DNA of 64,000 nucleotides from Podarcis tiliguerta. Its lineage: Eukaryota. Below the pieces are notes generated by a model. The model did not search any database. It was not told where the DNA came from and worked only from the letters and a program-made list of their open reading frames with translations. Positions within the stretch are counted from its first letter, which is position 1. Every line of letters begins with the position of its first letter. The position numbers and the translations under genes were made by a program. Positions 1-12,180 of the stretch are shown here, one piece after another. Location of the stretch: assembly GCA_965153285.1 (NCBI GenBank), contig OZ229110.1; one strand, 5' to 3'.

Positions 1-575
1 GTAGTAGGAGCCTCTCCAGTGGCTGAGGATTGCATTTGCAACACCTAATTATCTACTGCATTTTTTAGCAAAGTGCATGGGCTCAGTTCCCAGGGATACT
101 GATGGTGGGTGTTTTGAGAACAAAGTGGGTGGGAGCTTTGCCCAGCTGCTCGGGCCATCTGGAGAAACATCCAATTTATTCATAGGTGGGCAGACTCTTG
201 GGTTTCCTGTATTATCTGAGCTGATGGTCCCCATTTAGTTCACACTAGGCAAGGGGTCAACTTTACAAGCCTGAAGCAAAAGAAGAAGAAAAAATATTTT
301 TCTTTTCCTTAGCATGTCACTGGAACGGCTTATGAAACAATTCCCATGCTCCCAATATTGCTTATAATTGTTAGTGGCAATTATCCCAAGTCAAAGAGAA
401 ACATTTTGGTGCATCCCTTCATTACCTGCCAAAGTTGCCCCATCAGGTGCTTAAAAGGGGATGGTTGGTCTTATCTCCTCCTGTGGATTTGTTTATGGGT
501 TTGGTTTTGTGGTATGAGATCTTTTACACCATCTCAGTAATGAGACCATCTCAGTAACTTCTGGCTTTGTCCAAG

Positions 576-705
576 GCAAGCCGAGTTCTGTCCCAGGAGA
601 GGCCAGCGGAGGAGTGTCGTGTTTCTACGTATGGTTGCTGCTACGACAACGTTGCTTCTGCTTCTGGGCCTCAGGGGGATGGATGCCTCAATAGACCCAG
701 CCAAC
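576..705 (+). CDS. PAPLN: Papilin coding exon (Cys-rich repeat ASRVLSQERPAEECRVSTYGCCYDNVASASGPQGDGCLNRPSQ); gene 5'-truncated by the window edge
   Basis: ccaag|GCA acceptor and C|gtaagt donor. Translation matches the papilin 'ECR..(Y/F)GCCYDNVA.A.GP.G.GC' segment. Phase 1 end joins the next exon. Confidence 0.92.
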
Positions 706-2483
706 GTAAGTGACGCCTAGGTTTTGAAAGGTGGTTTACCCATTGTTTTCTGCCAACACGAACAGAATCACTGTATAGCTTACAGCGCCATGAAAAAGGA
801 TGTAGACAATCCATTATCCAATTAATAAGAATAAGAATAAGAATAGCAATCCCTTGGCCAGAATTTAGAATCGGTCTGAAATCCACCTTTAAGATCCCAG
901 TCTCTGACTTCTGTTGGTTTTGTAAGAAATGCGTATTAAATAGGCAGAGTACCATTTCAGTTCCGTTTTATGGGGCTTCTGCATTCAGTGTTCCTGACAG
1001 GAAGGAATCACTTAACACATTTCTGTTATTGAATTATTCTTGTTCAGCTACCCTGAAGAATGAATGGCTGGCAAGCACAGTTTCCCAGAAAGGAAAACAG
1101 CATGGACAGGGGCAGGGACCAAGCGACTGCAGCCTTGAAGCCACCTGGCACCTTGCCGTCTTTTTCAAAGCTGCATTGTTTATCACAGTCGGCTACTTCT
1201 GGTTGGCTTCTGCAAGCTGTGATGGGCATAGGCCCAACCTAGAAGTGCTCACCCACATACCCTTGAAGCACAATGCCTGGTTTTGTGAGCAGCGCCATTT
1301 GATACAGAGACAGAACTGAGCCTCTGATAACGTGAATCCTGACTCCCCTCTAAGGGCAAATCCATAATGCAAACTTTTAAGTGCAAATTATTTTAAATTA
1401 ACTGTCCCAGCTTTCTCAAAAGAATTCTAGAAAATGGTTATGATTTTTTTTAAAAAAAAGATCTGCTCTTAAATGACATTTGCTGCCTTTTTTTTTTACA
1501 CCTGCTCTCATAACGCTGGCCCCCTGCTAGGCTTTTTCAGGTGCTGAGGCAGAATACTGTGACAGGAGACCCCTCCAACCCCAGACTCGTTTATCTAAGC
1601 TTCCAGTGACTGCTTTGTACAGCCATAGCATCCTTTGTGCCAGGAACGCTGGCATGATTTCCCAACAGTTGAGACCTGGGCAGTAGTGACAGGATGGGAA
1701 TGGTATGTGGTGAAGGGTAGGCAAGTCTGAGAGAGTGTGCGTTATCCCACTGTTTCTTACCTGATGCCTCCACCCAGAGTGAAAACACTCTCCAGTTGCC
1801 CTTGCGCCATGTATAGGGCAGCACTCTTTGAACAGTCTATCCTGGACTGGTCTGGGCTTCAGAACACATCTGATTTTATTGTTTACTTGTACTAGCTGTA
1901 TACACAGTTCTTGAAAAAGACTATGACAAAAATCACACAGTAGAAAATAGTTTTGCTGTGCCTAAGCAACCTATAGTGAATGAGCAAGGGTTCAAGTTGC
2001 TGATACCTTCTTGTCATCTGGCCTGATTTACTGAACATCTTAGAGACGAACAGCGATTTGGGGCTTATGAACACTTCTGCTTGTCCCGTGCCAAGAAAGC
2101 TTGGGCCTGAGAAGTTTCCCACTTATCCTGTGCTTTCTAGGTGTGGCTCCAAATGACTTTGCCACTTGCCCCTGGAAAACCTGCTCTTTGTGCTTATCAC
2201 ACTTCCTCTTGTCCTGCTGCTTCCCCCACCCCGTGGCACCTGCTCTTTAAAGCTCATTCAGAGCAAATGGCAATTTGGGTTTTCTCCAGATTGACATTTA
2301 TTCTGATTTAACACTAAGGAGTGGGTTTTCCATGGGAAAGGAGTGGGGCAGAGGGGGAAATCACTCAGACCCATGCTTTCTAAGAGAAGCGTGGATGAGC
2401 CCTGAGTGGGGATGTGGTCAGAAGAAGATTTGTGTATCTGCTTAATCTATAACAACTGCTTCTTTCCTGACATTTCCTATTAG

Positions 2484-3117
2484 CTTATCCTATCGGTTGC
2501 CTGCTGCCCAGTGCCCATGGCCCATGCTCAGATTGGACTACGCGCTGGTACTTTGTACATGACGTTGGGAAATGCAATCGGTTCTGGTATGGGGGCTGCC
2601 ACGGCAACAACAACAACTTTGCTTCTGAAGAGGAGTGCATGAAAACTTGCCATAGATCAGTGGGAGGGAGTGATGTGGGACACCACCACCATGCTGCAGT
2701 TCCTAACATCCACTCTAGTTCTCACTTGGGAGGAGTTGCAGAGGAGCAGCACCAACAGCAGCCTGCAAGAGGAGCCACGAGTCATAGGCATGGAGGAGGA
2801 GGACGTGGGGCTTTCCATGCTCACACTGACTCAGAAACTCACTCATTGCTACGTCATGGGGAGAGAGGCTGGGGAAGGACCATGACTATAGATAGCCTGC
2901 CTGAGTCTCAGCAAGGGATGGGGGAAAGAAGGAAGGATCCAGCAAACCACCTTCATGGTTTAGGGGAAACCATGGTCTCTGGACACTCTGAGAGGCGGCA
3001 GACGGTTCACCGTGAGCATGAAGGGTGGAGGAGAGAATCTGCAGCAGATGGATCAGTAGTGAATGGATTTGAGCGCCAAGCCTCAGCAAGCTCTTCCTTC
3101 CCTCATTCTCTAAACAG
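2484..3117 (+). CDS. PAPLN: Papilin exon: Kunitz/BPTI domain followed by a His/Gly-rich linker
   Basis: ttag|CT acceptor and AG|gtaata donor. Encodes YPIGCLLPSAHGPCSDWTTRWYFVHDVGKCNRFWYGGCHGNNNNFASEEECMKTC (six Kunitz cysteines, FWYGGC and NNF motifs), continuing as ORF 2639..3121. Confidence 0.96.
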
Positions 3118-3542
3118 GTAATATTTTGCAATAGCAGGCGTCTCTGCTAGGAGTTGTTTTCTGCAGCATGAGATTGTTTTGCTGCAGGGTGAGGACAGAC
3201 AACCTATCATAAAGGATTCCAATATAAGCCTGACACAGGAGTAATCCCCTCCACCCCCTGGGAATGTGAGCTACCCAGTATTTTCTTTTTAAATTTTAAA
3301 GTGGCCATGCATTCATTTTTATACACCCACAACCACTCACTTCACACAGGGATGTGAATGAGTTGTGTCTGCTAACAGACTTGTAGTCGGCTGTATCTCT
3401 CCTGACTTGTGCTGGATTCTAATGCCTGGCAGCCGTGGTCTTTTAAAATCTGTTGTTGCGAGTAACTTCAAACTCTTACTGGGGCCTTTTGGATAACAAA
3501 AGACAGTTAACTAAAAGGCCCCAGCTCTTGAACACTCTACTG

Positions 3543-3676
3543 CAGGAATGGAGAACCTTTGCTGCCTCCCAGTGTTGCTGAACTTCAACTCCCGCCTTCC
3601 TTGGCCATTGGCTTGCTGTGGCTGTTGGGAGTTGTAGTACAGCAACATCTGGAGGTCCAAAGACTCCCCACCCCTG
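3543..3676. mobile_element. Short palindromic hAT-type MITE (CAGGG...CAACTCCC...GGGAGTTG...CCCTG family)
   Basis: Self-complementary element of ~135 bp. Related copies at 30081-30218 and 31899-32036. Confidence 0.75.
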
Positions 3677-4090
3677 TACTAAAGATAGGCATTTGGATAT
3701 GACAGCATGGTTTGGCCCTTCATCTAGATAAAGATTGTTCTCGATCAAGAACTGGTCTTCCAGAGAAGTGTGTGTATATGAATTTTGGGTCTGGTATGCA
3801 TGTGATGCAGCAGGTTTAACTTTCTCCCCCAGTCGGTTTGCATTGTTTCTTCAGTCTGCAGAAGACTCTTCTCCCACTGTTTCCTTGCTTTAGCAACATG
3901 CAGACTGCTTCCAGCTCTGCCTAACATGGATCCACAGGGGTAGCTAAAATGCTATTATTAGTTACTCCAGACTCTATTGCCCTTGCAAAAGCATCAGGTG
4001 TTTTCTCTTTTTATCAGCAGTTATGCATTTCCTACCCTGTCCTTTCAGAGCAGCCTTTGAATTTTGGGCTAACTACAGTATGTCTTTCAG

Positions 4091-4228
4091 GGTCTTCTTG
4101 GATGGTTCAGAGTCTTCAGCAGTGGAGGCAGGCTTGGGACAAAGCATCCGTCTTCTCTGTAAGGCAGGCAGTTCCCGCTTCTCCAGAGTTGAATGGCAGA
4201 AGGATGGGCGGCCAGTGTCCTCTGACAG
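4091..4228 (+). CDS. PAPLN: Papilin exon, Ig domain 1 N-half (VFLDGSESSAVEAGLGQSIRLLC...WQKDGRPVSSDR)
   Basis: tttcag|G acceptor and AG|gtgag donor. Ig B-strand Cys and WQKDG motif present. Confidence 0.95.
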
Positions 4229-4986
4229 GTGAGCTTGACCCTGGCACCTACCCCTGTGGTGGAACCCACCCTACTGAAACCTATTAACACCACAGAAGCT
4301 TTTGGGTGAGTGGATGACTTTGACATGAGTCTTATATTTTAGATGAGTAGCGGTAGAAGCTCTCTCTATATTATATGTGGCCTGCAACAGAATATTGCAG
4401 TGTGGAGTGCTGCTCGGGATTCCAGCCACTGCACTCCATTCTGACGCACACACCAGCCACTGCTCACTGCCTTGGCTTTATATTCCACACCCTGCCCTGC
4501 TCCACACAGGATTTTTCTAAAGATTCCTTTGTACTTCTTTAAACTTTGGGGCTCCCTCAAGCCTGCTGCTCCTCCCCTCTTGTGTGTGTGAATAGTGCCG
4601 AGTTTGTTAGAAAAGGACCAGCAGCATTCAGAGAACTGAGATTACTGTTAATATTAAAGATTAGTGACTGATATCAGACTGCTCAGTGCAAAAAATTACG
4701 TACTGAGCAAAGTGGACTTCTGTGGCTCTTGTGCATGACATGAAAATGAAGCACCCCTCCCCATGTGTGTGCATTTTCTTGCATTATTCACTGGGCCCCA
4801 CCTACTCAACTACTAGAAAAACTGATCAGAAGTCCACCACATCATTTAAGATTCCACCAGGCACTGCCCCAGTAGAGAAATAAATAAAAAGTTACTCTTA
4901 ACAGGCATTGGGTGCCAACAGGATTTGCTGCTGCTTTATAGCTCGTCTGCAATCTATGTCAAATGCTCTCATTTCTCCTCCTACAG

Positions 4987-5111
4987 GCATACCTACCAGT
5001 CTGACAGTTCCTTGGTGATCAGCCAGCTCAGAGCTGAGGATGCTGGGACCTACATGTGCAAAATTTCGAATGGGAGGGTAGAGCACAGGAAGATTGTGCT
5101 GAGGATCAAAG
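4987..5111 (+). CDS. PAPLN: Papilin exon, Ig domain 1 C-half (HTYQSDSSLVISQLRAEDAGTYMC...LRIK)
   Basis: ctacag|G acceptor and G|gtgag donor. DAGTYxC motif present. Confidence 0.95.
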
Positions 5112-6246
5112 GTGAGGCGTTGTTTCTGTTTTAATACTTGAGCTACCTTTGTCCATTTTGTCAATCGAAGCAGCCAGGCATAAGGAAAATGCCAACTTTG
5201 TAATAATAATCTGTTTGGTATAATAAAAATGCTATGGGTTGCATCTCCTGAAATGAATGGCCACAGGCAACTTAGGCCTATTAATTTTAATGGATCTACT
5301 CTGAGTAAAAGTTAGTTTAATAAAACCCTGTGATGCCAGCAAATCAGTCTCTTAAGCTTAAGCCAATAAATAGTATAATCTATGAAATTGAATATCAATA
5401 CACATATCAAGGCTTTGAGATTAGACCACTAAAGAAGCTCGGAAAACTACCTTGGGAGTGTGCTACCTGCAAGCCCCAGTAAAAGGGCCCCATTGGGGGC
5501 AAACAGCGGCCTCTTTATTACTTGGACTGCCAGGGCGAAACAAGTGCAAAACGCCAGCACCCTGTCTACAACTTTATCAACATCCATCTACAACTTCACT
5601 AGCATCTCTCGATCTTCTGTTGATTGAATGAGCAACATCTTTTCTATTCTAGCCCTGTCTTCTCTGTGGTGGTAGGTCTTTGAGGGAGTTCTGCTCTATC
5701 ATAATTTTGCAATGTATTTTGTAAGCAAGGTCTCTGATTTTCCTTCCCATCCACCTCTAATTTAGCCATGTTGGGAGGAGCTACACTTTTCAATTTCTAG
5801 TAGGAATTGGGCTGTTGCCTGAGCCAGGGCACATTTAAACTCTGGCCTCATAAATGGGGGGGGGGGCCCTTTGTACATTCAAGGGCCCAGTTGGGTAGTC
5901 TTTTGCACAGAGCATGCTGAGTTACTGGACCTTGCATGAAGGGCATTTCACTCCAGGCAAGATTGTCTGCTGGGGATTGCGAGCAATATACATACTCCGG
6001 ATTAGGTTACCATTTTATAGTGGGCTCCCCTCATAAACTGTTCCTGCTGGCAGGGGAAAGCATACTTTTACAATTAGCAAATTAGCACTGGGGCGAGAAA
6101 CAAACAGGTAAACAACAGGTTTCCCATGGCTGTTTTAAAGGAAGTGAACAGATAGATAGTTGGTTCTGATATGTGAAGTCAGCTGCTGATTTTTTTGTGC
6201 AATCTTATGGCACAGGGCAATCTTATTCAGAATTCTCTCTCCCTAG

Positions 6247-6388
6247 AAATCCCTGGATCTGATGTTTCACAGAGAGCGGGGAATCAGCTGATCCATGGTC
6301 AAAATCACCAGCACAGAGCATTTGTTTCAGGACTTAGTACTGGGCAGTCACATGACTCTCCTGTAAACCTTCCTCAGACAACATACAG
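6247..6388 (+). CDS. PAPLN: Papilin linker exon between Ig1 and Ig2 (EIPGSDVSQRAGNQLIHG...QTTYR)
   Basis: ctctctccctag|AA acceptor and AG|gtaaag donor. Phase 1 to 2 exactly bridges the flanking exons, but sequence conservation is low. Confidence 0.8.
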
Positions 6389-7439
6389 GTAAAGCTAACA
6401 GGAAATATTATACCTCTGTTCTCCACAGTGTGTCAAACCAGGCTGTGGCCCTTAAGCACTGTGGGCAGGCAAGAGAACTATTTTGAGAAGCTTCAGGGTA
6501 TGAAATCACAGCTATATTGCAACTCATCTCAGGAATATTCACAGCAGTCTCCTTGGGAGGGGGGGACAGCTTGCTGCTGTCATGTTTAGAAGTCCATCCC
6601 ATAATTTTTTTACAAGTGTTAACATTCCAGAATCTGGAACAGGTCCAGTAGGTCTCCTGCTCTTTCCCCACAAGCAAGACTTGGCCCAAAACTTATGCCA
6701 GTCCCAGTCTCCTGTCAGTTGTGGTGGTGGTTGAATAGGCCTTAGTCCACTGTTTCCGTAATGGCCGCAGTCGTAGTTGCAGTCAGTCCATCCTGAGTCA
6801 TATGGGTGGATGGTGGCAGTTCTTGCCAGTTGCTGCTGTCTGCACCTCCCAGAACAAAAGGAGTGGTTCTCGGCAGGCTATTATTTATTTGATGAATTTC
6901 TAACCTGCCCCTTCAGGACGCATTGCTTTCTCAAAGCAGTTTACCAAAATAAAACTGCCCTCCTAACTCATGCAGTTCCCACTTTCTCTCTCTAGCCGGC
7001 TGATAGTTCAAGCAGTTGGGAGTGTCTAGCATGGGAGGGGAATGGGAATAAGTTGACCTCTTGGTACTTTTCTGGTAAGCATTGGGGTTTTTTATCTCTG
7101 GAGTGAAAGGAGTGGTTAGTGAAGATCCTCAAACAGCTACATGGTGAAACAGTAATATTCCACTGAAATTCCTCCAGCCCTTTGTAGAAATCAAGATACA
7201 GAACCAGGCAGGCTGGGGCTACAGGGATGGCACTGAAAAGAACATTCTGTTACTGTGGATTCTTGTGGCTAAAGGCATTTCTCTAGGCTTGCAGCCAAGA
7301 GAGTACTTAAGGAAGATGTGTTTATGCAAGCCTGCATTTTGTAAAGCACTCGCCTAGTTGGTTTGCAGCTTCTGTCTTAAGCGCAGCCTCTGCAGTAATC
7401 CATTCATGCTCAAATCAAGATGAGGAGCCGCTGCATACT

Positions 7440-7441
<2 letters not shown>

Positions 7442-7470
<29 letters not shown>
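7442..7470. repeat. (GT)n microsatellite
   Basis: Direct observation. Confidence 0.95.
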
Positions 7471-7475
<5 letters not shown>

Positions 7476-7590
7476 ACAGGTGCTGTTCACAGGAAAAGTC
7501 AAGAGAAAGGTTCTGATTACATTACACAGATTCAAAATACAGAGCTGGAACACTGCTATTTCTTTGACACCTCGTAAATTTGTTTTCCAG

Positions 7591-7728
7591 GTTAAAAATG
7601 TATAAGAACGAACCCTCAATTGTTGATGCCAATATCGGGGAGCGAGTCAGATTGCCTTGCCGTGTAGAGGCTTTGCCTTCTGTAACCATTGAGTGGCAGA
7701 AAGACGGACAGCCCATCTCCTCTCCAAG
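7591..7728 (+). CDS. PAPLN: Papilin exon, Ig domain 2 N-half (LKMYKNEPSIVDANIGERVRLPC...WQKDGQPISSPR)
   Basis: ttttccag|G acceptor and AG|gtaag donor. Ig motifs present. Confidence 0.95.
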
Positions 7729-8164
7729 GTAAGCTACAACTAATGTGTTTCTACTTTCCCATCTTCTTCTTTCAATGCCAGGGGTACACAGCTCAAACCA
7801 CTCTGACCAACAGGGCTACGTTGTTAGGTTAACTAGAGAAAAGCATTTGTTACAATTTTTACTGTTTTTAAAGGCACATCCTCTGCTAACGTACATTTTC
7901 ACTGTTGTAGGCACTCTTTGTGACATTATAGCTTTTCACATTCATCTGAGGGCAGACCCCATTTCTCTTGATGCCAACCCCCCATGTCATTCTCCATCCT
8001 CATTTTTCATTTTAGCAAAACCTTATCTGAGCAACCCCCTTCTCTTTCTGTTTCCCCACCCAAAGTCTTAATTACAACTCCCATTTTGTAGCTACCTACT
8101 ATTTCAAAATTTCTGAAAGCTAGTTCTCTCCTGTCCTGAGGGCAAGGTGGGTCCTTAGGTAGCC

Positions 8165-8477
8165 TGGTGGCAGTGTTGGGGGCAGTGGTGTTCCAATGGG
8201 GGGCGGTGCTCCCTGGGTGCCATGTCTGGGGAGGTGACAAGAAGGCACTCTGCTTGCGGCTGCAGCCACACGTAGAGGATCCTCCCTTCGTGGCTGCAGC
8301 TGCGAGCAGAGTATCCCGGCACCGTCCGTACGGCACTGGGCGGTGGCAAACTGCTATGTACAGCGCATGTGTGGCATTGCTATGTACGGCACATGCGCCG
8401 CACGTAGCACCGCTGCACATGCACCCTACGTAGTGATGCCCCACCCCAGGTGTCACAACGCCTTCATTCGCTCCTGG
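8165..8477. mobile_element. GC/CpG-rich insertion, probably a non-autonomous DNA transposon
   Basis: Sharp CpG-rich block with repeated GCTATGTAC.GC.CATG.G motifs in an AT-richer intron. Ends not resolved. Confidence 0.4.
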
Positions 8478-8826
8478 TTGGGGGGAGGCCACCTCAGCTG
8501 TAACTCTGGGAACTAGATGGCAGGGAATTCCCCTCCCTTCAGGGCAAGATGGTCCTTGCATAGCCCTGTGGTGGAGGTTGGGGAAGTAGAGGTCACCTCC
8601 ATCAAGAAGGCTGCCCTTACATGGCACATACCTGCTCTGCTTACCCCACATTTAGTGACTTACTCGGTCCTGATTCTGGTTCATCCAGTTCATTGCCAAA
8701 TTCACTGAAATAATGTGACAAAACTGTTGTGACCACTTAACCAAAATTGGTTCTTGTGACAACCAAGGACTTAAAATTCTTCAAAGTCATTACATAGTAG
8801 TTGACAGCAAAAGTAATTGTTATTTT

Positions 8827-9066
8827 AATAATAATAATTTTATTATTTGTACCCCGCCCAACTGGCTGGGTTTCCCCAGCCACCCTGTGCGGCTTACAGC
8901 GCATATAAAAACATAGTAAAACAGCAAACATTAAAAACATTAAAAAACTTCCCAATAGAGGGCTGCCTTCAGATGTAATTCTTTATCTCCTTGACATCTG
9001 GCTAAAGGGAGGGCATTCCACAGGGAGGGTGCCACTACTGAGAAGACCCTCTGCCTGGTTCCTGGT
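8827..9066 (-). mobile_element. L2 LINE 3' end
   Basis: - strand 'AGGGTCTTCTCAGTAGTGGCACCCTCCCTGTGGAATGCCCTCCC' (frame RVFSVVAPSLWNALP), then ...GGGCGGGGTACAAATAATAAAAT tail. Confidence 0.8.
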
Positions 9067-9369
9067 TTTACAGATAAAAGGGGTGAAGCCCACCTGCACT
9101 GTACAAGCTTGAATTCAAAAGGATGAGCTTGAAGAGAGACTACTGCTCTTTGGTTGTTGTTCACTTTGCAGCAGTCAGACAGGCTTGACAGCTGATCCTC
9201 AGAGGTCGTAAACAAGTTTTGAGAGAGAGATGTGGAGGCACAGTAAGGGTACCTGCATTCAGACTATGCTTTGAGCAATGTAACCTCTCTCAAATAAGTC
9301 ATTGAGTTAGATGCAAATAAATTCCTTCTCATTAAGACTCATAGTCACTATTCTTCTCTTGCTTTCCAG

Positions 9370-9497
9370 GCACAGACAGCAGTCTGACGGTGCCTTAGTT
9401 ATCAGTCGCCTTGCCTCTGAAGATGCTGGCTTCTTTACCTGCATTGCTTCCAATGGCCGGGATCAGGATCAGCGAAGAGTCCAGATCATACCTAGAG
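9370..9497 (+). CDS. PAPLN: Papilin exon, Ig domain 2 C-half (HRQQSDGALVISRLASEDAGFFTCIASNGRDQDQRRVQIIPR)
   Basis: tttccag|G acceptor and G|gtacta donor. DAGFFTC motif present. Confidence 0.93.
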
Positions 9498-10254
9498 GTA
9501 CTAAAAAGCGAAGGAAGATAGATCTTGCTTTGATATTAAGGGGGGGATTAGGGTGAACTTGCACAGGAGGTAAATGGAAATGCTCAATTTGTGCCGCTGC
9601 TGTTAAACCAAGCATCAGGCCAATGAACAATGCTGAGAGCCAATACGCACCTACAACCAATCTGGATATTTGTGTGTTTCAAACAATGGGTTCCTTCGTA
9701 TTTAGGTTATCTGAAATAGTTTGAAAATGAGAGGGAGTTGCAGTGATGTGTTTTTAAAAAAACAACCCCAAACTGAGCCACTCACAAAAAGCAGCCTCAG
9801 ACAGTTCTGTTTCAAGCAGCCAGCAACATGTTTATTAGTACTTGGTGCTAATGATGATGAGGCCATGTGGGCCCCTCCAGATGAGCATTCATCCTGATTT
9901 GCTTGCACAAATAAGGTTTGATTATATCCAGCCTTCATGGACCATTTGTTCCAATTTGTTTGCAGGGCGGTTATATGACAATAAACATTCATTCTGTTTT
10001 GCTTGTGGGGTGTTGCACACACATTCCCATCAGTAATTCATTCATATCACACTTTTCAAGGCCTTTCCCCATCACTTTCCAAGCTGCAAAAGGTTTGATA
10101 CACTTTTAAAAAATAAAAATTCTTTTGCTAGGGCAACGGAGCTCTTTAAACCACTTTAAGTGCACAAAGCTAAAGTTCTGGCGTGCAACTGAATCACTCC
10201 CACACAATACTGACACACTGGAGATGCCCAAATTTAGCTTCATCATTAGTAGCA

Positions 10255-11535
10255 CCAAGTTAGAGCTCATGCTTTTGCATGTAAAAAGGTCCCAGGCTCT
10301 GTCCCTGCATCTAAGGCTGGAACAGATTTCCATCAGAAACCCTGAAGAGCTGCTGCTGGTTAGTGTAGACCCGAGGTCACCAATGTGGCCCTCTTCAAGA
10401 CTTCCCCTGGTGCCCACAAAGCCTCTGGGCATTTCCCCTGCTCACTAACCCTTTCATATTGAGATGGTGAAGGGGATTCCCTTTCTCTTCCACTGCCACC
10501 ATTGGAAACGGCATAGAGCTGAAAAAGGAAGTTGAAAGAGCAATGTTCTTTCCCACTTCCTCTTTCAATTCCACAGCCTTTTCAAGGAACTGGATCAGCA
10601 CCTGAGTAGCTGAACATAAGACAGAGTGACCAAGAAGATAGGAAAGAAAAGGGAGCAATCCAGGAGGAGGAAATCAGAGCAGCTGGGGGGACAAAATAGG
10701 GTGGAGACAGACAGACACATGCACAAACACTCAAGTTCAATCCAGCAAAACAGATCCTCTCCAATTTGCATTATTTCCCACCATCAGGTCACAGATCATA
10801 TCTACCTCCGTTGACTTTCCAGTAAGGCCATGGTACAAAAACATAGAGCCTCATAATTTTTGTAAGAGATCCTCTCAAAACCACAACCAAATCATTAGGC
10901 ACATGTGTACACAGATGTAATGGTTCTCTTGTCACACTGTGTAAAAACCAAGAGGATCCATGCCTTGGATCAATGTTTTTGTAGTAATGGAAATCACCAG
11001 ATGTGCAATGTTTACTATAAAGCTTACAGGGGTAACCTGTAATTGGATGTATTTTGAGGGGATCCCATGTACAGTGGTACCTTGGTTTGCAACCATTTTG
11101 GATTACAACCACGTCAAACCTGGAAGTGTGGGTCCCTTTTTTGGATTACAACCCATTTTTTTTATTACAACCCATTTTTGGAGGCCCCATTGGCGAAAGC
11201 GTGCCTTGGGTTACAACCTGTTTTGGTTTACAACCGGACCTCTGGAACGGATTATGGTTGTAAACCAAGGTACCACTGTACAATCATACACATTCAATCC
11301 ATTCTACTTTACCCGTAACTCCAAGAGCAAGAGAGCACCTTTTATTGTTGTTCATCTGTGAAGGGAGGGGATGCTGACTGCTGGGGTGGGGTGAAGAAGA
11401 AAAGCAACCAGAGGGGATGGTGCCCACAGTATATTTTGAATGTGCCCATGGGCCAAAAGGAGGTTAGCAGCTCCTGGCGTAGTCAAGAGTGAGCTAGGTA
11501 GACCTGTGGCCTGACTCTACATAAGCCAGTTTGTC
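10255..11535 (+). mobile_element. Old tRNA-derived SINE (Squam3-like) split by a ~1.1-kb hAT-type insertion (10371-11476) that itself contains the MITE at 11072-11278
   Basis: The SINE body stops at ...TAGTGTAGAC (10370) and resumes after GCGTAGTC (11477-11484) as ...TGAGCTAGGTAGACC.GTGGCCTGACTC. GGTGCCCACA occurs near both ends of the insert. Confidence 0.6.
11072..11278. mobile_element. Tc1/mariner (Tigger-like) MITE
   Basis: 25-bp TIRs CAGTGGTACCTTGGTTT(G/A)CAACCAT, TA TSD on both sides, internal TTACAACC repeats. Confidence 0.9.
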
Positions 11536-12071
11536 TACAGCAGCCCTCCTGGTTTAATGAGTTAGAGGTCTCTCAAATTAGATGGGAGGCTAGAAGACTA
11601 CACAAAATTCATAAGGTTTTTTTTTGTGGGGTGGAGACTAGGGCAGTTTTGGCAGTTTCAACTTTCAAACTAGTTTAAATCTTCAACTCTATGGAACTCT
11701 GGGAACAAGTAACTCCTGTGACTGAACAAAGTTGTTGCTTTTTGTTGTTGCTAAGACCAGAGTTCATATTTTTGCTGCTAAAGAAGAGCCTTGAAGAAAG
11801 AGGCATTTTAACTATAGGTTGATGGTTACATCATAAGGTTTCTGGACAAAGGGTCCTGTTGTGGAAAATGGCGCTGAGATTCCTTTCCCACACTTTACAG
11901 TAGGCTAGTGTCCAGCTCGAGAGGCCAAGTTCATGCAAGCAGCAGAGCTTTGGGTAGTTAGTCAGCGCTGGGTATTCAGAGCTCGGCATTCACAGCACCG
12001 TTCCTGAAGGAATTGGCTTGGCCCCCTGCGTGGACTCTTCCTGGGATTGACAATACCCTTTTCCTCCTCAG

Positions 12072-12180
12072 GGGAGCTGAGAATCACTGGCCTGCTGCCC
12101 AGCCTCTCTGTGTCAGAGGGGGAGACTGCTCAGCTTCAATGTGTTGTGACAGGCAACAATGTGAACATAAGATGGTCAAG
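12072..12180 (+). CDS. PAPLN: Papilin exon, Ig domain 3 N-half (ELRITGLLPSLSVSEGETAQLQCVVTGNNVNIRWSR)
   Basis: cctcctcag|GG acceptor and AG|gtaaaa donor. Matches the papilin 'GELTISGLP..EGDTA.L.CVV.G..VNIRWSR' pattern. Confidence 0.95.

Noticed and set aside
6216-6246. Alternative upstream acceptors for the PAPLN linker exon (cacag at 6215, ttcag at 6230)
   Set aside because: They are phase 0 relative to the open frame, whereas the preceding exon ends in phase 1, so they would frameshift.
8007-8651. 214-aa - strand ORF
   Set aside because: Runs through a GC-rich repeat insertion where stops are rare, and has no recognisable protein features.
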